Source: Octopus sinensis (Eukaryota). Taken from it: 64,000 nucleotides of DNA. The stretch spans positions 62,744,001 to 62,808,000 of the forward strand of contig NC_043006.1 of the NCBI RefSeq assembly GCF_006345805.1, in the 5' to 3' direction. A program made the position numbers and the translations under genes. Below are positions 30,500 to 43,997 of this stretch, piece after piece. Below the pieces are notes generated by a model, which worked only from the letters and a program-made list of their open reading frames with translations, was not told where the DNA came from and did no database searches. How positions within the stretch are numbered: the stretch's first letter is position 1; every line of letters starts with the position of its first letter.

Positions 30500-30819
30500 T
30501 GACCATTCAAAATACGACCATCAGGGCACTCCCAGATTCTCCCATCCCCCTTTCCCCACCAGCCTTCTTCCTCTACTACCCTTCCAAGAACTCACAACGA
30601 CCTCCGACACACAAGTGCAAACAAGGGAGTCAGAGAAAGGCAGAATGCCACTTAAATCTGAACACTACTATAGAAATATTCTTTTAAAAAAACTTTTCTT
30701 CTAATTTTTCTAAATTTAATTATTTAATCGTTACAGTTGAAAAGGTCTCAAAATGACCGAAACCGTACTGAAATGTTCACTATAAAATTATTTTAGCATT
30801 TTCTATTTTTGACTTGTTT

Positions 30820-30826
<7 letters not shown>
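30500..30826 (+). mobile_element. Penelope-like 3' remnant with decayed hammerhead motif, between (TA)n tracts
   Basis: CAG-TTGAAAA-GGTC-tcaaaat-GACC-GAAAC-c-GTA-CTG at 30734-30770; upstream sequence weakly resembles a GIY-YIG C-terminus (weak). Confidence 0.55.
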
Positions 30827-30864
<38 letters not shown>

Positions 30865-31397
30865 ATGCTCATATATTTATTTGCATGTAGGAATGTAAGG
30901 AACAATTGTTTGTTTCTATAGAAATATAGACGAATTTCCATTTAGAATTTGTCCGGGCATTTGAACTTTGATGTAAACTTTCATCTACTAAACTTCATTT
31001 CTAAAGGCATGTTGGCAGCATAAAATGAAGCAGCTGGAAAAATCCATTAGCTTTCTCTATTGATGCAAGAAACAGATTCCTTACTTGCTTTCAAGTAACC
31101 TGACTTATTGAGAGAGAAAGGATATTTTTTTTTTTAATGTTGTGATATGGGTTTGAGAGTTATCTCTTAAATTATAGAACCGATTTAATTTAAATGGAAC
31201 GGACACACTAGAAATCTAAAACTGCTCGTTGTTTCTTAGCTCGGAATTCTTTTCATGAGCTAAAAAGGAAATTAAAGTGGGTTTCCATTACTTTGTATGT
31301 TACTGGTGCGTATGACTGGTCATCCAGAATCGACACACCACTTTACTGTAAGATAGTAATCGTTTTTATTATTATTATGTTTATTATTATTGACTGA

Positions 31398-31772
31398 GGC
31401 GCAGGAGTGGCTGTGTGGTAAGTAGCTTGCTAACCAACCTCATGGTTCCGGGTCCAGCCCCACTGCGTGGCATCTTGGGCAAGTGTATTCTGCTATAGCC
31501 CCGGGCCGACCAATGCCTTGTGAGTGGATTTGGTAGACGGAAACTGAAAGAAGCCTGTGTGTCTGTGTTTGTTCCCCTAGCATTGCTTGACAACCGATGC
31601 TGGTGTGTTTACGTCCCCGTCGCCTAGCGGTTCGGCAAAAGAGACCGATAGAATAAGTACCAGGCTTACAAAAGAATAAGTCCCGGGGTCGAGTTGCTCG
31701 ACTAAAGGCGGTGCTCCAGCATGGCCGCAATCAAATGACTGAAACAAGTAAAAGAGTAAAGAGAGAGAGAGA
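31398..31772 (+). mobile_element. SINE-A, well-preserved copy lacking the internal microsatellite
   Basis: All SINE-A modules contiguous: ...gaaactgaaagaagcc|tgtgtgtctgtgtttg.... Confidence 0.92.
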
Positions 31773-33698
31773 CCATTGTCATTATTGAAGTTAGGACTTT
31801 AACAGACTCCCTAATAATTGACTGACACTTTAGAAAAGTATCAATCTATATACATTAATGCAAGAAAGTGTAAGATGTTATCTAATTGAGACTATTGTCA
31901 TTTTCCTGTTGGATTAATTATGTTATGTACATGTATATTGTATCTATATATTAGAATTATAATATAAAAGCTGATATGTACAGCAATGAAGAGAAAATAA
32001 TGAAGTGAGTAAAATTATGTGTAATATGAGAATAATATAGGAATAGCAGCTTCACTCGTCTCATCTCGCATAACTTTGAAACTATACTCTTGCCGCCGAT
32101 GGTAACGTCAGAAAATAGCGCCGACATACAATAATTATGATTTAACTTGTATCGAATATTTTGATGTTGAAACAAAATGATAAAACCAATACTAATCTTT
32201 AAAAAATCATTATCTCAAAGTATATCTACATAAATTAAAGCTATGAGGTACATATTCATTCACTCGAAAATGAATACACTCATCGCTGTTATATTTTGTC
32301 TACGAAGAATACTTCACCTTATTTTTCATCTGTATCACCTGTCGCACACCCATTTTCTCCCACCCCTCTGTCTCTGACTCTTTTTCCCTGAGTCTGTGTA
32401 GGTGTGTCTAGTGTCATTTACGTTTTGTGTGGGGCTAAGCCTGGCATGCGTACTCGACTTAATTCTCTCTGTATCTCTCTTTTACGTTGTATCTCGCCCT
32501 CTATTCGATGTAAAGGGTGAGTGGAGAATCAACCACTCAACCAAAATTTATATCAACTATTATTATAATGAGATATTGATATCGATAAAGGACTATAACA
32601 TAACATAGAAAGAAAGAAACCCAATTATAGAAGAATAAACAGGAGCGTTGTGTGTAGAGAAAAAGTTTAAACATTTAGGAGATTATACAGTGTATAATGG
32701 GCTTAAATGCAATCAGAAACACCATTAATCAGAAACTATTCCAATCTTGATTTAGTCTTGCTTATAAATATTGATTATTAATCATTATATTAATTGTGGC
32801 AGTATAATGGGTGGGCAACCAATATACATATTCCATTTGAGGGCAGGAGTTGTGCTGGTGATATATAAATTTACTTATACGGGATGTGAATCGAGCATTT
32901 TAACAAAGTGCCGCATTTGCTCTGTTCACATACTTGAAGCTTAATATCCATTTCATGTTGGGAACCTTAAATATTTATACCATTGTTTCAAACATGAAAT
33001 ATAGGCGATTTTGTCACATAAGCATATGGATGACTAACCACTGATTTTAGATTGATTTTTCATGAGTGTCTGGTTAAACACTGAGAGGAGAAAAATATAT
33101 TTCAAAGTATGTTGATATTAATTACTTAAACAATAACGAACTAGTAACCAACTAAATTCGCAGAGTTATTTAACGCTCTGCAAATCATAATTATTTGGTA
33201 ATTCGTTTCAGGTGAAGATTCATGAAAAATCAATGAACTGAAAATAAATAAAACTAGCATCAGTTTAGACCATGTCAAACTCTTTTCCCTGTTGCTTTAT
33301 TAGAGTTACGCAGTGTGGCTCGGATGACCCTCTGTGCAATAGGTTAGCAGTTAAATAAGATGAATGAACGCTGTAAATATTGAAAAGTGGATAACAAACA
33401 GAGGCATTTGAAAGAAGAGTGTAGAGATAGTGAACACTGAAATGATACCTTGCCGCATATGATTAATTTCCAGATCACGTTTAATGTCATCAAATTTATT
33501 TTTATAACTAAATGTTTATGTCGCTACCCGTAAAGTTATATTTCTTATATTTATTTGCTCCAGCATTTCCTACTAATTTTCTTTCTTTGTACTATTATGT
33601 ATCTTCATATAAGAACGCTAACATGACATCAGTGCCATTGCATCAGATCTTCTTTACAACACTTCGTATAAATATGTGTGTATGTGTGTTTGTATATA

Positions 33699-33771
<73 letters not shown>

Positions 33772-33859
33772 TGTGTTATGTATATATGTGTATATATATA
33801 TATATATATAATATATATATATGTACATATATATATATATGTATATGCATATGTGTATG

Positions 33860-33902
<43 letters not shown>

Positions 33903-34439
33903 GTAATTTTACTATAAGTCTTGATAAAGTGTGACTCAATAAACACAGCTGTTAATATAAGAAAGCGTTTAGCAAATATGAAGTTGATTAGATATGAAGT
34001 GGCATTTGGTTTAATAAAATACATGAAAATAAATATAAAATACATTTATAACTATGAGCCTTACGAATGTCTGCTCTATTGTTATAAATGTGACTGATTA
34101 TTTTGAATTTCATTCGCAAACAAAAGTACATTTGATTATTATCATAATGACAAGATGCATATCAGGGAAAATACAATTTTAGAAGAAATTATTAACCATT
34201 CAACTATTACTATTTTCTCTTTGAAATATGAGGTTTTATTAATACCATTGCAAAGGGAATTTTGCATTAACAATATTATTGGAATTTAGTATCAGAAAAT
34301 ATGGAGCGCCCCGTCGAAAATTTGTGTGCATTTGCCTGTGAGAGGTAGGAGTGCGCGCGCGTCATTGTGATTTGTCTGTGAGTGTGTGAGTGAGGGGATA
34401 CGTGATCATGTGGGATCAACATATACATAACACGTCAAA

Positions 34440-34655
34440 GCAGAGAGATGCAGAATCGTTAACACGCTGGACGAAATGCTTAGCAGTATTTCGCCGGTCG
34501 CTACGTTCTGTGTTCAAATTTGTCCAAGGTCGACTTTGCCTTTTATCCTTTCGGGGTCGATAAATTAAATACCAGTCAAGTACTTGGGTCGACGTGATTG
34601 ATCGCCCACTTGACCACAAAAATCCAGCCCTTGTGCCTACAGTAGGAAGATTATA
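34440..34655 (+). mobile_element. SINE family B
   Basis: gcagaatcgttaacacg...gtcgactttgccttttatcctttcggggtcgataaattaaataccag. Confidence 0.85.
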
Positions 34656-36863
34656 CATAAAAGGTCTCAGGACTTCACAAGATGAAAAACATTCCCGAAA
34701 TTGTGCCCTGTAGAGTGGGTGGAGACTAAGGCCTTAAAACTCAATATCCAAGTCAGGAGTGACAGCTACTTAACTGGTAGCAATAAAATCTACTTCAGGT
34801 CTTTCTGTTCATAACTTCTAAAACAACAAATGGATTTATTCGAAGTGGCGCCAAGCAACAACAACTGGAACTAAGGGACTGCCATACACACTTTCACAAC
34901 AGTAGCATCGTGTCGGTTGAGAATAAGTAGTAAATTGTGGCCGAAGTGGATTGGCAGACATGTATTTAGTAAAAAAAGAAAACGAAAATAGCATGCATAT
35001 ATTAAAAAAGAAAAACTTAGTGGAACTATGAAGAAGAAAATATCTCTAACGTAGTAAAAATGTTCTCTGGTGAGGAATCCATCTTTAATTTTTGTATCTT
35101 CATCTAATGGAATATGGAGCGCCTCTATGGTGAATAGGAACTTGTCTTCTTGTGAAAATGGAGGAATTACATGGAGGAATCCGACTCTATGTTCTATGAA
35201 AAACAATCGTTGGTGCATTCAGAGGATAATTAGATTAAATGTAGGAAAAACTACCAAGACAAAGTAATGTTCGACAGGAAACGGATTAAAACTATGAAGA
35301 ATACAAAAAAATAGTAGGCTATTTTATTGCATTTAGTTACACAAAAGTATTCAAGCGCTGTTAATGTAAATTTTAAATGTCTTCAGATGAAGTTGTACTT
35401 GAATTTATAGTTTGAAGTGTTAACGCTTGAATCACTTGAGTTGTGAAATACCACTTTAGTGTCAAGAGGTATCCAACAAACTAGGACAATAGCTCTGCCT
35501 GGATTTCAGTGTTTGCTTATAAGTCTCGATAAGACAAAAGACATAGCTTGCACAATAATTTCATTTTCGGTAAGATCGAAACACGTATTTATATATTATA
35601 CCGACATTAAATTTGTTAGGGTTAATCATTCATTATGTTTATACGGTTGTTGTCTTTAAAGGTAATGTAAAATGTCTGTGGGAAAGAAGATCCACTATGT
35701 TATCCATTTATAGATGATGATTCTTTTGTTGTGTTTAATGATCCTGTTCATATTATTTTATTAACTATTTGTAGTTAGTGGTGATAGTATTTAGCAAATA
35801 ATGTTGTTAGGTGTCGTGTTCTAAATGGTATAAAATTTTAGTCTTGACATTCGGCTTATCTATATGTGTTACTTTTTTTTATTTTAAAAACTATTGTTTT
35901 TTTTTTTTTCTGCTTGAACTAACAAGATTTGTTTTATGATTGAGAAGTGTGCACAGCATACAATTCTTCGAATAAAGTTATACTATTTTTGTTAAGAATC
36001 TAATGTATATATGTCTATTTGAAAAACAAATTTTGTTATATATTCTTATTCGAAAAATCGTTATTATGCTCCAACATTTTGTTAGGCTGTTTATCTGTGT
36101 TTAGAGATCGTCAAAACGTGTAGCTAATATAGTATCTGTTACTGGGGACAATGTAGGCCAATAACTACATAGAGAATTTGATACCATTTCTTAAAACGTG
36201 GTAGCTACAGAGAGTGCAAAGTTGTTTCATGTCATTCAAAGATATTGAAACATGATTATAAAAAGGAATCTACAGTCATACGTGTTTTTGTTTCCGGCAT
36301 TCAAGAAAAAAGACATGTAAATCACGACAGTAGATGGGGGTTACTAGTGTAACGGTATGGATTATTTGTTGAACAATGGAGAGCATATTTACTTGATGTT
36401 ACTTGAATATTTTGAATGCATTACAACGTGAGTTCGTTTTTGGACAATGTGTGATTTGGCTGTATTTTAGAGAGAAACACATTTTTTTTATTGCAGAAGG
36501 ATTAGGAGGCCATTGTGTAACTATGGCAAATATTTTTGTTTGAAATGCATTTTATGTGAAGATTTTATTGAAGGGATTATGATCAACGACTGAACAAATA
36601 CATACCTCCCACCATCTATCTTCATGATTTCTCTTTGTTTTTTCTTGAGTGCTTGACATGCGCAAACATTCACACACACAAACACATGCACACGTTCATA
36701 TACATATATCTGTATGTACGAGTATATGTGTATACGTGCGTGCGCATCAGTGTGTGTGTGTGTATGCGTGTATATGCGTGTGCGTGTGTACCCTGCTATT
36801 AAGGTTATGCTTAAAGAATTTTAAAGAAATAAGAATGTACAATCGCTCCAGCTGTTATTTTAA

Positions 36864-36864
36864 C

Positions 36865-36931
<67 letters not shown>

Positions 36932-37042
36932 ACAGACAGACAGACATATATACAGACAGACAGACAGACAGATAGGCAGGCAACTAGACAGATAGATAGA
37001 CAGGCAGACAGACAACTAGATAGATAGAAAGATAGATAGATT
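36864..37042. repeat. (GATA)n/(GACA)n array
   Basis: Directly visible. Confidence 0.92.
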
Positions 37043-38954
37043 ATATGTAAAATAAATAGTCACATTCCAGCCTATAACAACACTAGTGTCTATAAATATT
37101 GTAAAGGCATTCCCATTTGGTATGTTTTGAACTTGGAATATTTTTTGCAACCGTGAATATTTTCTTAAGTTTCAATTGTTAAATTTAGACCCTTCTATAG
37201 CAGGAGGGTCTGAAGGGGCCGAAATTCTGCCCCTATTTTCTAAGATGTGACGAAATAATTTTTCTTCTTTAGTTTCAGAGTGGAACATTTATGTGTATTT
37301 GGGTGTATGTTACAGATAAGAATGTCAATATCAACTGGAACAATAGCTATGCAAGATGAACCATTGTACAGGATACTAAACAAAAATATGTACTTCATAT
37401 GATAGCAAAACAGCTAATCACAAATGTAACAATGATGCTAGATCGCACAACCTTGCGCAGCCTAGAAAATATCACTGCTAAAGAAAAGTCAAGTAGCACG
37501 CAAGGGAATTTTCTTCAATAGTACAATTCAAACATTCTATTTTCTGCAGAACACACACACACGCACACATACACACACACACATACACACACACATACAC
37601 ACACACATATTTACAGAAACAAACACTTAGCAGCATAAATTCTACACAAATGCACACAACAAACTCTCGTGTTAACGACATTCCATACACGCTTTATTTT
37701 CACTTCACACTTTATTGTCAACACAACACCCGCACACAATACAGTGAGTACAACGACCCCCGTACATACTAACCAGCACAATAACCACACATCCCCACAA
37801 TGTATAGTGCAAATTAGAAAACGCATGCGAAATAAATCTAAATACACTAAAGTAAACCCGGGAACCACAAATGAAATCCAAATAAATGTAGCTTCGAAAC
37901 CATGAACTTATCTTGCTTGAGATTCTATACAGTTTGATAGAATAAGATTTAAACTAAAATTTAAATACGAACCAGGTTGTAACTTGAAAAGTACTCACTC
38001 ACAATTATGGCACTCTCTTGCACTCATTTGCAAGACATTGTACCGTAAACTAAAAAGGTCTGTTACCATAGACCAAATTATCTGAGAGAAATTAACAGAA
38101 GGAAAATGAACATTGAATATTTGAGAAGCTATTATGTGTCGTTCCTCCAGTGTTATAGTATAGCAAGCTATAGCACAATATAATTTCCGTAATTGACATG
38201 TTCAACAGTTTCCAGTTGGTAAACCATAACTGTTGCTGCATCTTCTCGTTTACTATGGTTACTTTTAAATTGACGACACGCTTCTCGATCACGAACTCAT
38301 TCAATTGTCACGTTGGCAAACGTATCAAAGGCAAAAAGTGGCTTCCGCTTGAGCGAACTGATAAATTATGCAGCTTAGTTAGTCATCAGGTTAATTAATT
38401 TTCTTGGCGAGGGAGATTTCTATAGAGAAATTTCTTAGCGATTGCAATCAATTGAGTAACGATGTGTTGCAGAAATGACAGAGAGTTTTGTACAAATTTG
38501 CCGTCAATTGAAATAAATTCAGCTATTATATGAAGGGACTAAATCAAACAGAAAACGACGATATTTTTGCATGGATAAGAACTGGCCATAACCAATTAAA
38601 TGTTACGACTGATAAGAAAATGACTACAAGGAAGTATTGATTATTCGATCTTTACTAGCAACTTCATCGATATCGTCCACACATATTGCGATCAGGTGTC
38701 TCCAGATTAATCAAAGTGAACGTTTTTTTTCATGTCGGAATCGTATAGATTTTTATGCACATTTTAATCGTTGGAATGTTCTTCCGGATTTATAAAAAAA
38801 GGTACATATACGCACACACACAAACACATATATATATATATATATACATACATATATAACATATATATATATAAATACATAAATAGATAGATAGATATAG
38901 ATCGATAGACATATAGATAGTTAGATAGATAGGTAAATTGATAGATAAGCGCAG

Positions 38955-39690
38955 ATGTAACTATGTGGTAAGGAGTTTGAATCACATCCACATGGTTCCG
39001 GGTTCAGACATACTGCGTGGCATCTTCTACATTAGCCGCGGGCCGACCGAAGACTTTAATGGGTTTGGTAGATGGAAACTGAAAAAAGCGCGTTCTGTGT
39101 GTGTGTGTGTGTGTGTGTGCTCGTGTGCGCATGCGCATGTTTGTATGTCTGCTTGACAACTGGTGTTGGTGGTGTGTTTCTGTCCCGGTAACTTACTAGT
39201 TCGCCACAAGGAACCGATAGAATAAATACCAGACTTTGAAATATGTTAAATCCTTGAGTAGATTCGTTTGACGAATAAATAAGATTCTTCAAAGTGGTAC
39301 CTCACTATGGTTTATATACGCGTGGTTAAGAAGCTTGCGTGCCAACAATACGTTTCCCGATTCAGACCTTGGGGAAGTGTCTTCTACTATAGCCACGGGC
39401 CGACCGATGCCTTGTGAGTGGATTTGGTAGCTATTATATGCGTGTGTCCGTGTTTGTGTGTGTGTGTGTGGTTGTGTCTGTGTTTGTCCCCCTATCACCG
39501 CTTGACAATCGGTATCGGTGTGTTTACATCTCCGTAACTTAACCGTCCGTCAAAAGATAACAACGGAATAAGTTCTAGGCTCGGGAAATAGGTTCTGGTG
39601 TCGATTTTTTCGACTAAAACCCTTCAAGAGGGTGCTCCAGCATGGCCGTAGTCAAAAGATTAAAACAACTAATAGAAGAAAAGAATACAA
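38955..39690 (+). mobile_element. Two tandem SINE-A copies (~38955-39305 and ~39310-39690)
   Basis: The motif series gggccgaccga..., cttgacaa..., gaataa..., cagcatggccg occurs twice. Confidence 0.8.
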
Positions 39691-39711
39691 AATACGTAGG
39701 TACATATACAA

Positions 39712-39768
<57 letters not shown>

Positions 39769-39771
39769 GCA

Positions 39772-40661
39772 CAGGGTGTTCGGGCTATATTTTACGATTT
39801 TTAGATTTCCTTTCTTGAAGGCAACCTGGATGTATTGGTTAACAATCAACGGCATTGGAGAGCATTAAGATTAAATTTGTAGTTGGGAAAAAGTTAGCTG
39901 ACATGAAGGATTGGAAACCATCTGAATGTTGGGAACGAGTTTCCTGTATCATGATGATTCGCACCGGGTGTCAAAATGCCTACATCATGACGGCTGCTCT
40001 AAGTTCTTTGAACACTGTAAAGACTGTAATACTTGATATAAGTAGTTGCAACTGAGACTACAAAACCGTAACCAGTAGGAAGAGACACAGTAGGAGTTAC
40101 GACTAAGTTTTCTCGCCGTAATTATTCCCACATCTTTGAACAGAGTCTTAGGCCCAATTCAGACGACTGGAGACTGACATTAATCGCTGGCTGGAGATGA
40201 TTGCTGGTGGCAAGTCGTATGTGTGGCAGCAGGATTCAACACTTTGCAATACCTCCTAAGAGAGTCAGAGGCATTTGTCGGAAATTTCTATTTCAGAATC
40301 CCCAAATTTCTATCTTCCTAATTCCCTTGCTTGCAATCCCATAGATTACTATGTGTGGAATATAGTTGAGAAAGACACCAACCGCATTGCTTGGATGTTG
40401 GCCAACATAGCTGTTGGCCAAAATCCAAGAAGTGATTGAAGATTCCTTCCAGGAGCACAGGGAGGAAAGCATGCAAAACGTTCCGAAAGTGTTTTAAGGA
40501 GTGGTGGTATTTGGGGAAGGTTATTTGAGCAAATTGTTATCTCCCAGCTATAATTTACCTGATATATTTTTTTTTATTTTGAAAATACATTTATTTTTGC
40601 ATGGGACATTGTGTCTTCTGTTACTAACATGCAAATTGTCACTGTTAGCCTGCACACCTTG
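39772..40661 (+). mobile_element. Tc1/mariner superfamily DD37D (maT-type) element, internally deleted and decayed
   Basis: Imperfect TIRs cagggtgttcgggcta (39772) vs reverse complement of 40646-40661 (13/16), TA on the right; decayed catalytic region YVWQQDS... and cttgcaatcccatagattactatgtgtgg (~CNPxDYYVW), i.e. Asp as third catalytic residue. Spacing inferred by reconstruction. Confidence 0.75.
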
Positions 40662-40689
40662 TACATATAATGCAGCATTTGCCATATAA

Positions 40690-40869
40690 TGCATCAATCG
40701 CCACTGGACTCAAAATGGTCTTTTTTCATTCTCTAGCTATTTCTTTTTATTCCTTTCTGTCGAAGAGTATAGGCTCGAAACGTAAATACTTTTCCATTTT
40801 TCCTGCGCATCAAACTAACTTGCTTGTTGTTCCTGCACCTATCTTCGTCTTAGTTTTTCTATAAATTTG

Positions 40870-40872
<3 letters not shown>
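40690..40872 (+). mobile_element. Small PLE-pLTR-like element with hammerhead-like motif, ending in (TA)n
   Basis: TTT-CTGTCGA-A-GAGT-atag-GCTC-GAAAC-GTA-AA at 40754-40786; tail is shared with 58040-58145. Confidence 0.55.
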
Positions 40873-40936
<64 letters not shown>

Positions 40937-41167
40937 TGTATGTATATACACATTTGTTATATCTAATTACGTTCTTATGTAATCTGTATTATGTCAGCTA
41001 GCGGTGTTCAGTACAGTGTCAAAGCAGGAATAAAAATACTGCTATTTTCACATTTTAGTGTAGCACTACGAATTATTTTAGCTACTTATTTTAACGTCCC
41101 TTGAGCGATCAAGTGTTCAGAACTGGATTACTTCATGTTACGCATACATATGAAGCTAAGTTGAAGT

Positions 41168-41194
41168 TGTAGTAGTAGTAGTAGTAGCAGCAGC

Positions 41195-41268
<74 letters not shown>

Positions 41269-41480
41269 CTCTAAGTGCTGGCAGAGGCGTTACCAAATTG
41301 GCAAAATATTTAGTGGCATTTCATCCGGAATTATTGTCGTCAAACGCCGCTGAGGTTAACTTTGCACTTGATCCCATCGGGATCTATGAAATAAGTGCCA
41401 GTTGAGAAATGGAGTTGATGCAATCGACTAGCACCCTTCCCTTCAATTTCAGGCCTCCTACCCATAGTAGAAAGGGTTTC
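41168..41480 (+). mobile_element. (TAG)n microsatellite followed by degenerate SINE family B (~41270-41480)
   Basis: gctggcagaggcgttac...gaggttaactttgc...ataagtgccagttgag...aatttcaggcct...atagtagaaaggg. Confidence 0.7.
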
Positions 41481-42261
41481 TTATAATGACATATGTCCGA
41501 GTGTTACATTTTCAACAATCATACTAGGGAACCGAATCAAAGATAATTGAAACATTTGACACAATGAAAAAACTACCGGTGTTGCTATATGTTGGATGGC
41601 GTTGAATACAGATGTAGCACATCATAAATATTTCAATTTATTTATAATATAAATAAATACCATTTAGAATCCAGTTGTTGTAATTGTCTTAGCGCTGTAA
41701 ATTTCTATAGTGTTCAGTTATAGAGTCGAAATATTTAGAGAGAAGAATTTTGATCACCATCTCGAAATTAAATTCAATATACTTAAATGCAATATTTTTT
41801 GTTTAATATTCGGCTAAATATCGGCTATCATAAGTTTCTCTGATATGAGAGACTTATAATGCCAGATATCTTATGAGCATTATCCTTACATTTCTATTAT
41901 TGCTAACAACTATTCCTAGTTTAGTTGCTTTGTTTAAAAGATATTCATGTCGCAGCATTTTAAACATAACTATATATTAAATGTAGCTTGATCATGTTAT
42001 TGTACCGTCACATATTTCTTTCATAAAGGTGGCAATAATACGAAAGAAATTACCAAAAGTAACATTCACTTTATTTATTTTTCATTGAAACGTTTCTCTG
42101 AATTGATATTGGAATTTTGAAACCTTTTCAAAAACCTTTCAAAGCATAAAGTAGTGCGATACCGGTAAACATTTAACTTTCGTCTTAACATTTATATTAT
42201 ATATAACAGGCTGATGTCGGAAATCAGTATTTTAATAGATTCACCTATATAATTGCCATTA

Positions 42262-42300
<39 letters not shown>

Positions 42301-42983
42301 TCATTTACATGTTATAAAACTATAAGTTAGTTAGGAATAGTCATTGTCACGATGACAGTGGCTCTGATGTTTTTGAACATGTACTTCGAACACGAATTCC
42401 AAAGATAATTGTCTCTTGCGATTTTACGTATAATATATGGATAACTTACACATTTTATAAGAGTCTATCAATTCGATTGAATACGCAGAGATATTTAATT
42501 GGTTTCACTTGTTTTCTTTTGTAATATTCACGCTATTCAGGATTGGCAATTACTTAACATATAAAGAAGTAAGATCAATTTCAAAATATGACTTTTTGTC
42601 AGTTCCATAATGTCTCAAGCTTTGCTTAGAATATTACTTTCCATAGTTCTAGAAAATTTACATTTATACGATAATATCTTTATTGAAAAGATTTCCAATA
42701 AACCAGCATGATATTAAAAACTTCCTGAACACGTAGAAACTAATATTTTGTGTTTGCTATTCTGAATAGCATATCCTATGACATATTGTGAATAACTTTG
42801 TTGTTTCTAATAACTTGGAAGGCTTTCCCGATGCAACTCTTCTGAGGCCTGGCTTCAGGTATGATATCACTCCTGGAAGTCTTAAAGTTACAATCCAAGC
42901 TAGTAGAGCACTTTTATATTCTTGCATGCACACATTGTATAATTCCATATATATATATATTATATTATATATATATATATATA

Positions 42984-43073
<90 letters not shown>

Positions 43074-43298
43074 CATTATATATTATATATATATATATAT
43101 ATACATATATGTATATCTACATATATACATATATAAATATATACATATATATATATATTACTTACATATATATATATAAGTATTTGTTAACTAGTCGTTC
43201 AACTCCATTATTTCATATATATATATATATGTATACATATATATATACATACATATATACATATATAAATATACATATTATATATATATAATATTATA

Positions 43299-43344
<46 letters not shown>

Positions 43345-43346
<2 letters not shown>

Positions 43347-43512
43347 CGCAGGAGTGGATGTGTGGTAAGTAGGTTACTTACAAACCGCACATGTTTCCGG
43401 GTGCAGTCCCACTGCGTGGCACCTAGGACGTGTGTCATCTTCTATAGCCTCGAGCCGACCAAAGCCTTGTGAGCGAATTTAGTGGACGGAAACTGAAAGC
43501 CCGTCGTATATT
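43345..43512 (+). mobile_element. SINE-A 5' half, ending at its internal (TA)n tract
   Basis: ggcgcaggagtggatgtgtggtaag...gacggaaactgaaagcccgtcgtata; the 3' half is absent downstream. Confidence 0.88.
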
Positions 43513-43525
43513 ATATATACATATA

Positions 43526-43566
<41 letters not shown>

Positions 43567-43569
<3 letters not shown>

Positions 43570-43961
43570 ATATTAGGGAATATATCCAAATTCAGGGAAA
43601 AAAAATCAGATTTAGATTAAATCCATTTTTATAGTAAAATATTATAAAATATTATTTGAGACAAAACCACTATTTTGCAAAACAAACAAGGAAAGACTTA
43701 ATCAATACATAAAATTTAATATAGTCAAAAAAACCGCCACTACAATCGTTTCTTGTCTTGATCGACAATCTAGGGGACTTCCAATAATTCAGTTACAAAT
43801 TATTGTAACTGAATTATTGGAAGTCCACCTGAAGATTGTCGATCAAGACAAGAAACGATTGTAGTGCGGTTTTTTTGACTATTTATTAAATTTTATGTAT
43901 TGATTAAGTCTTTCCTTGTTTGTTTTGCAAAATAGTGTTTGGTCTCAAATAATATTTTATA
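43567..43961. mobile_element. Head-to-head foldback (arms 43643-43798 and 43803-43961, loop atta) embedded in (TA)n; probably PLE pLTR-derived
   Basis: Near-perfect reverse complementarity over ~156 bp; each arm carries a hammerhead-type motif pointing outward. Confidence 0.85.
43826..43866 (+). ncRNA. Minimal type I hammerhead ribozyme (predicted)
   Basis: Stem I CAC/GTG; core CUGAAGA 43829-43835; stem II UUGUC-gaucaa-GACAA; GAAAC 43852-43856; loop GAUU; cleavage triplet GUA 43861-43863. Folded by eye; activity untested. Confidence 0.7.
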
Positions 43962-43966
43962 TATAT

Positions 43967-43997
<31 letters not shown>

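Noticed and set aside
35060-35270. MEYGAPLW motif suggesting a very old LINE RT C-terminus
   Set aside because: Single short motif amid stops; family and boundaries undeterminable.
42757-42960. Protein-looking frames on both strands with a CAG|GTATGA donor
   Set aside because: The nearest good acceptor gives stops in all frames; no homology recognised.
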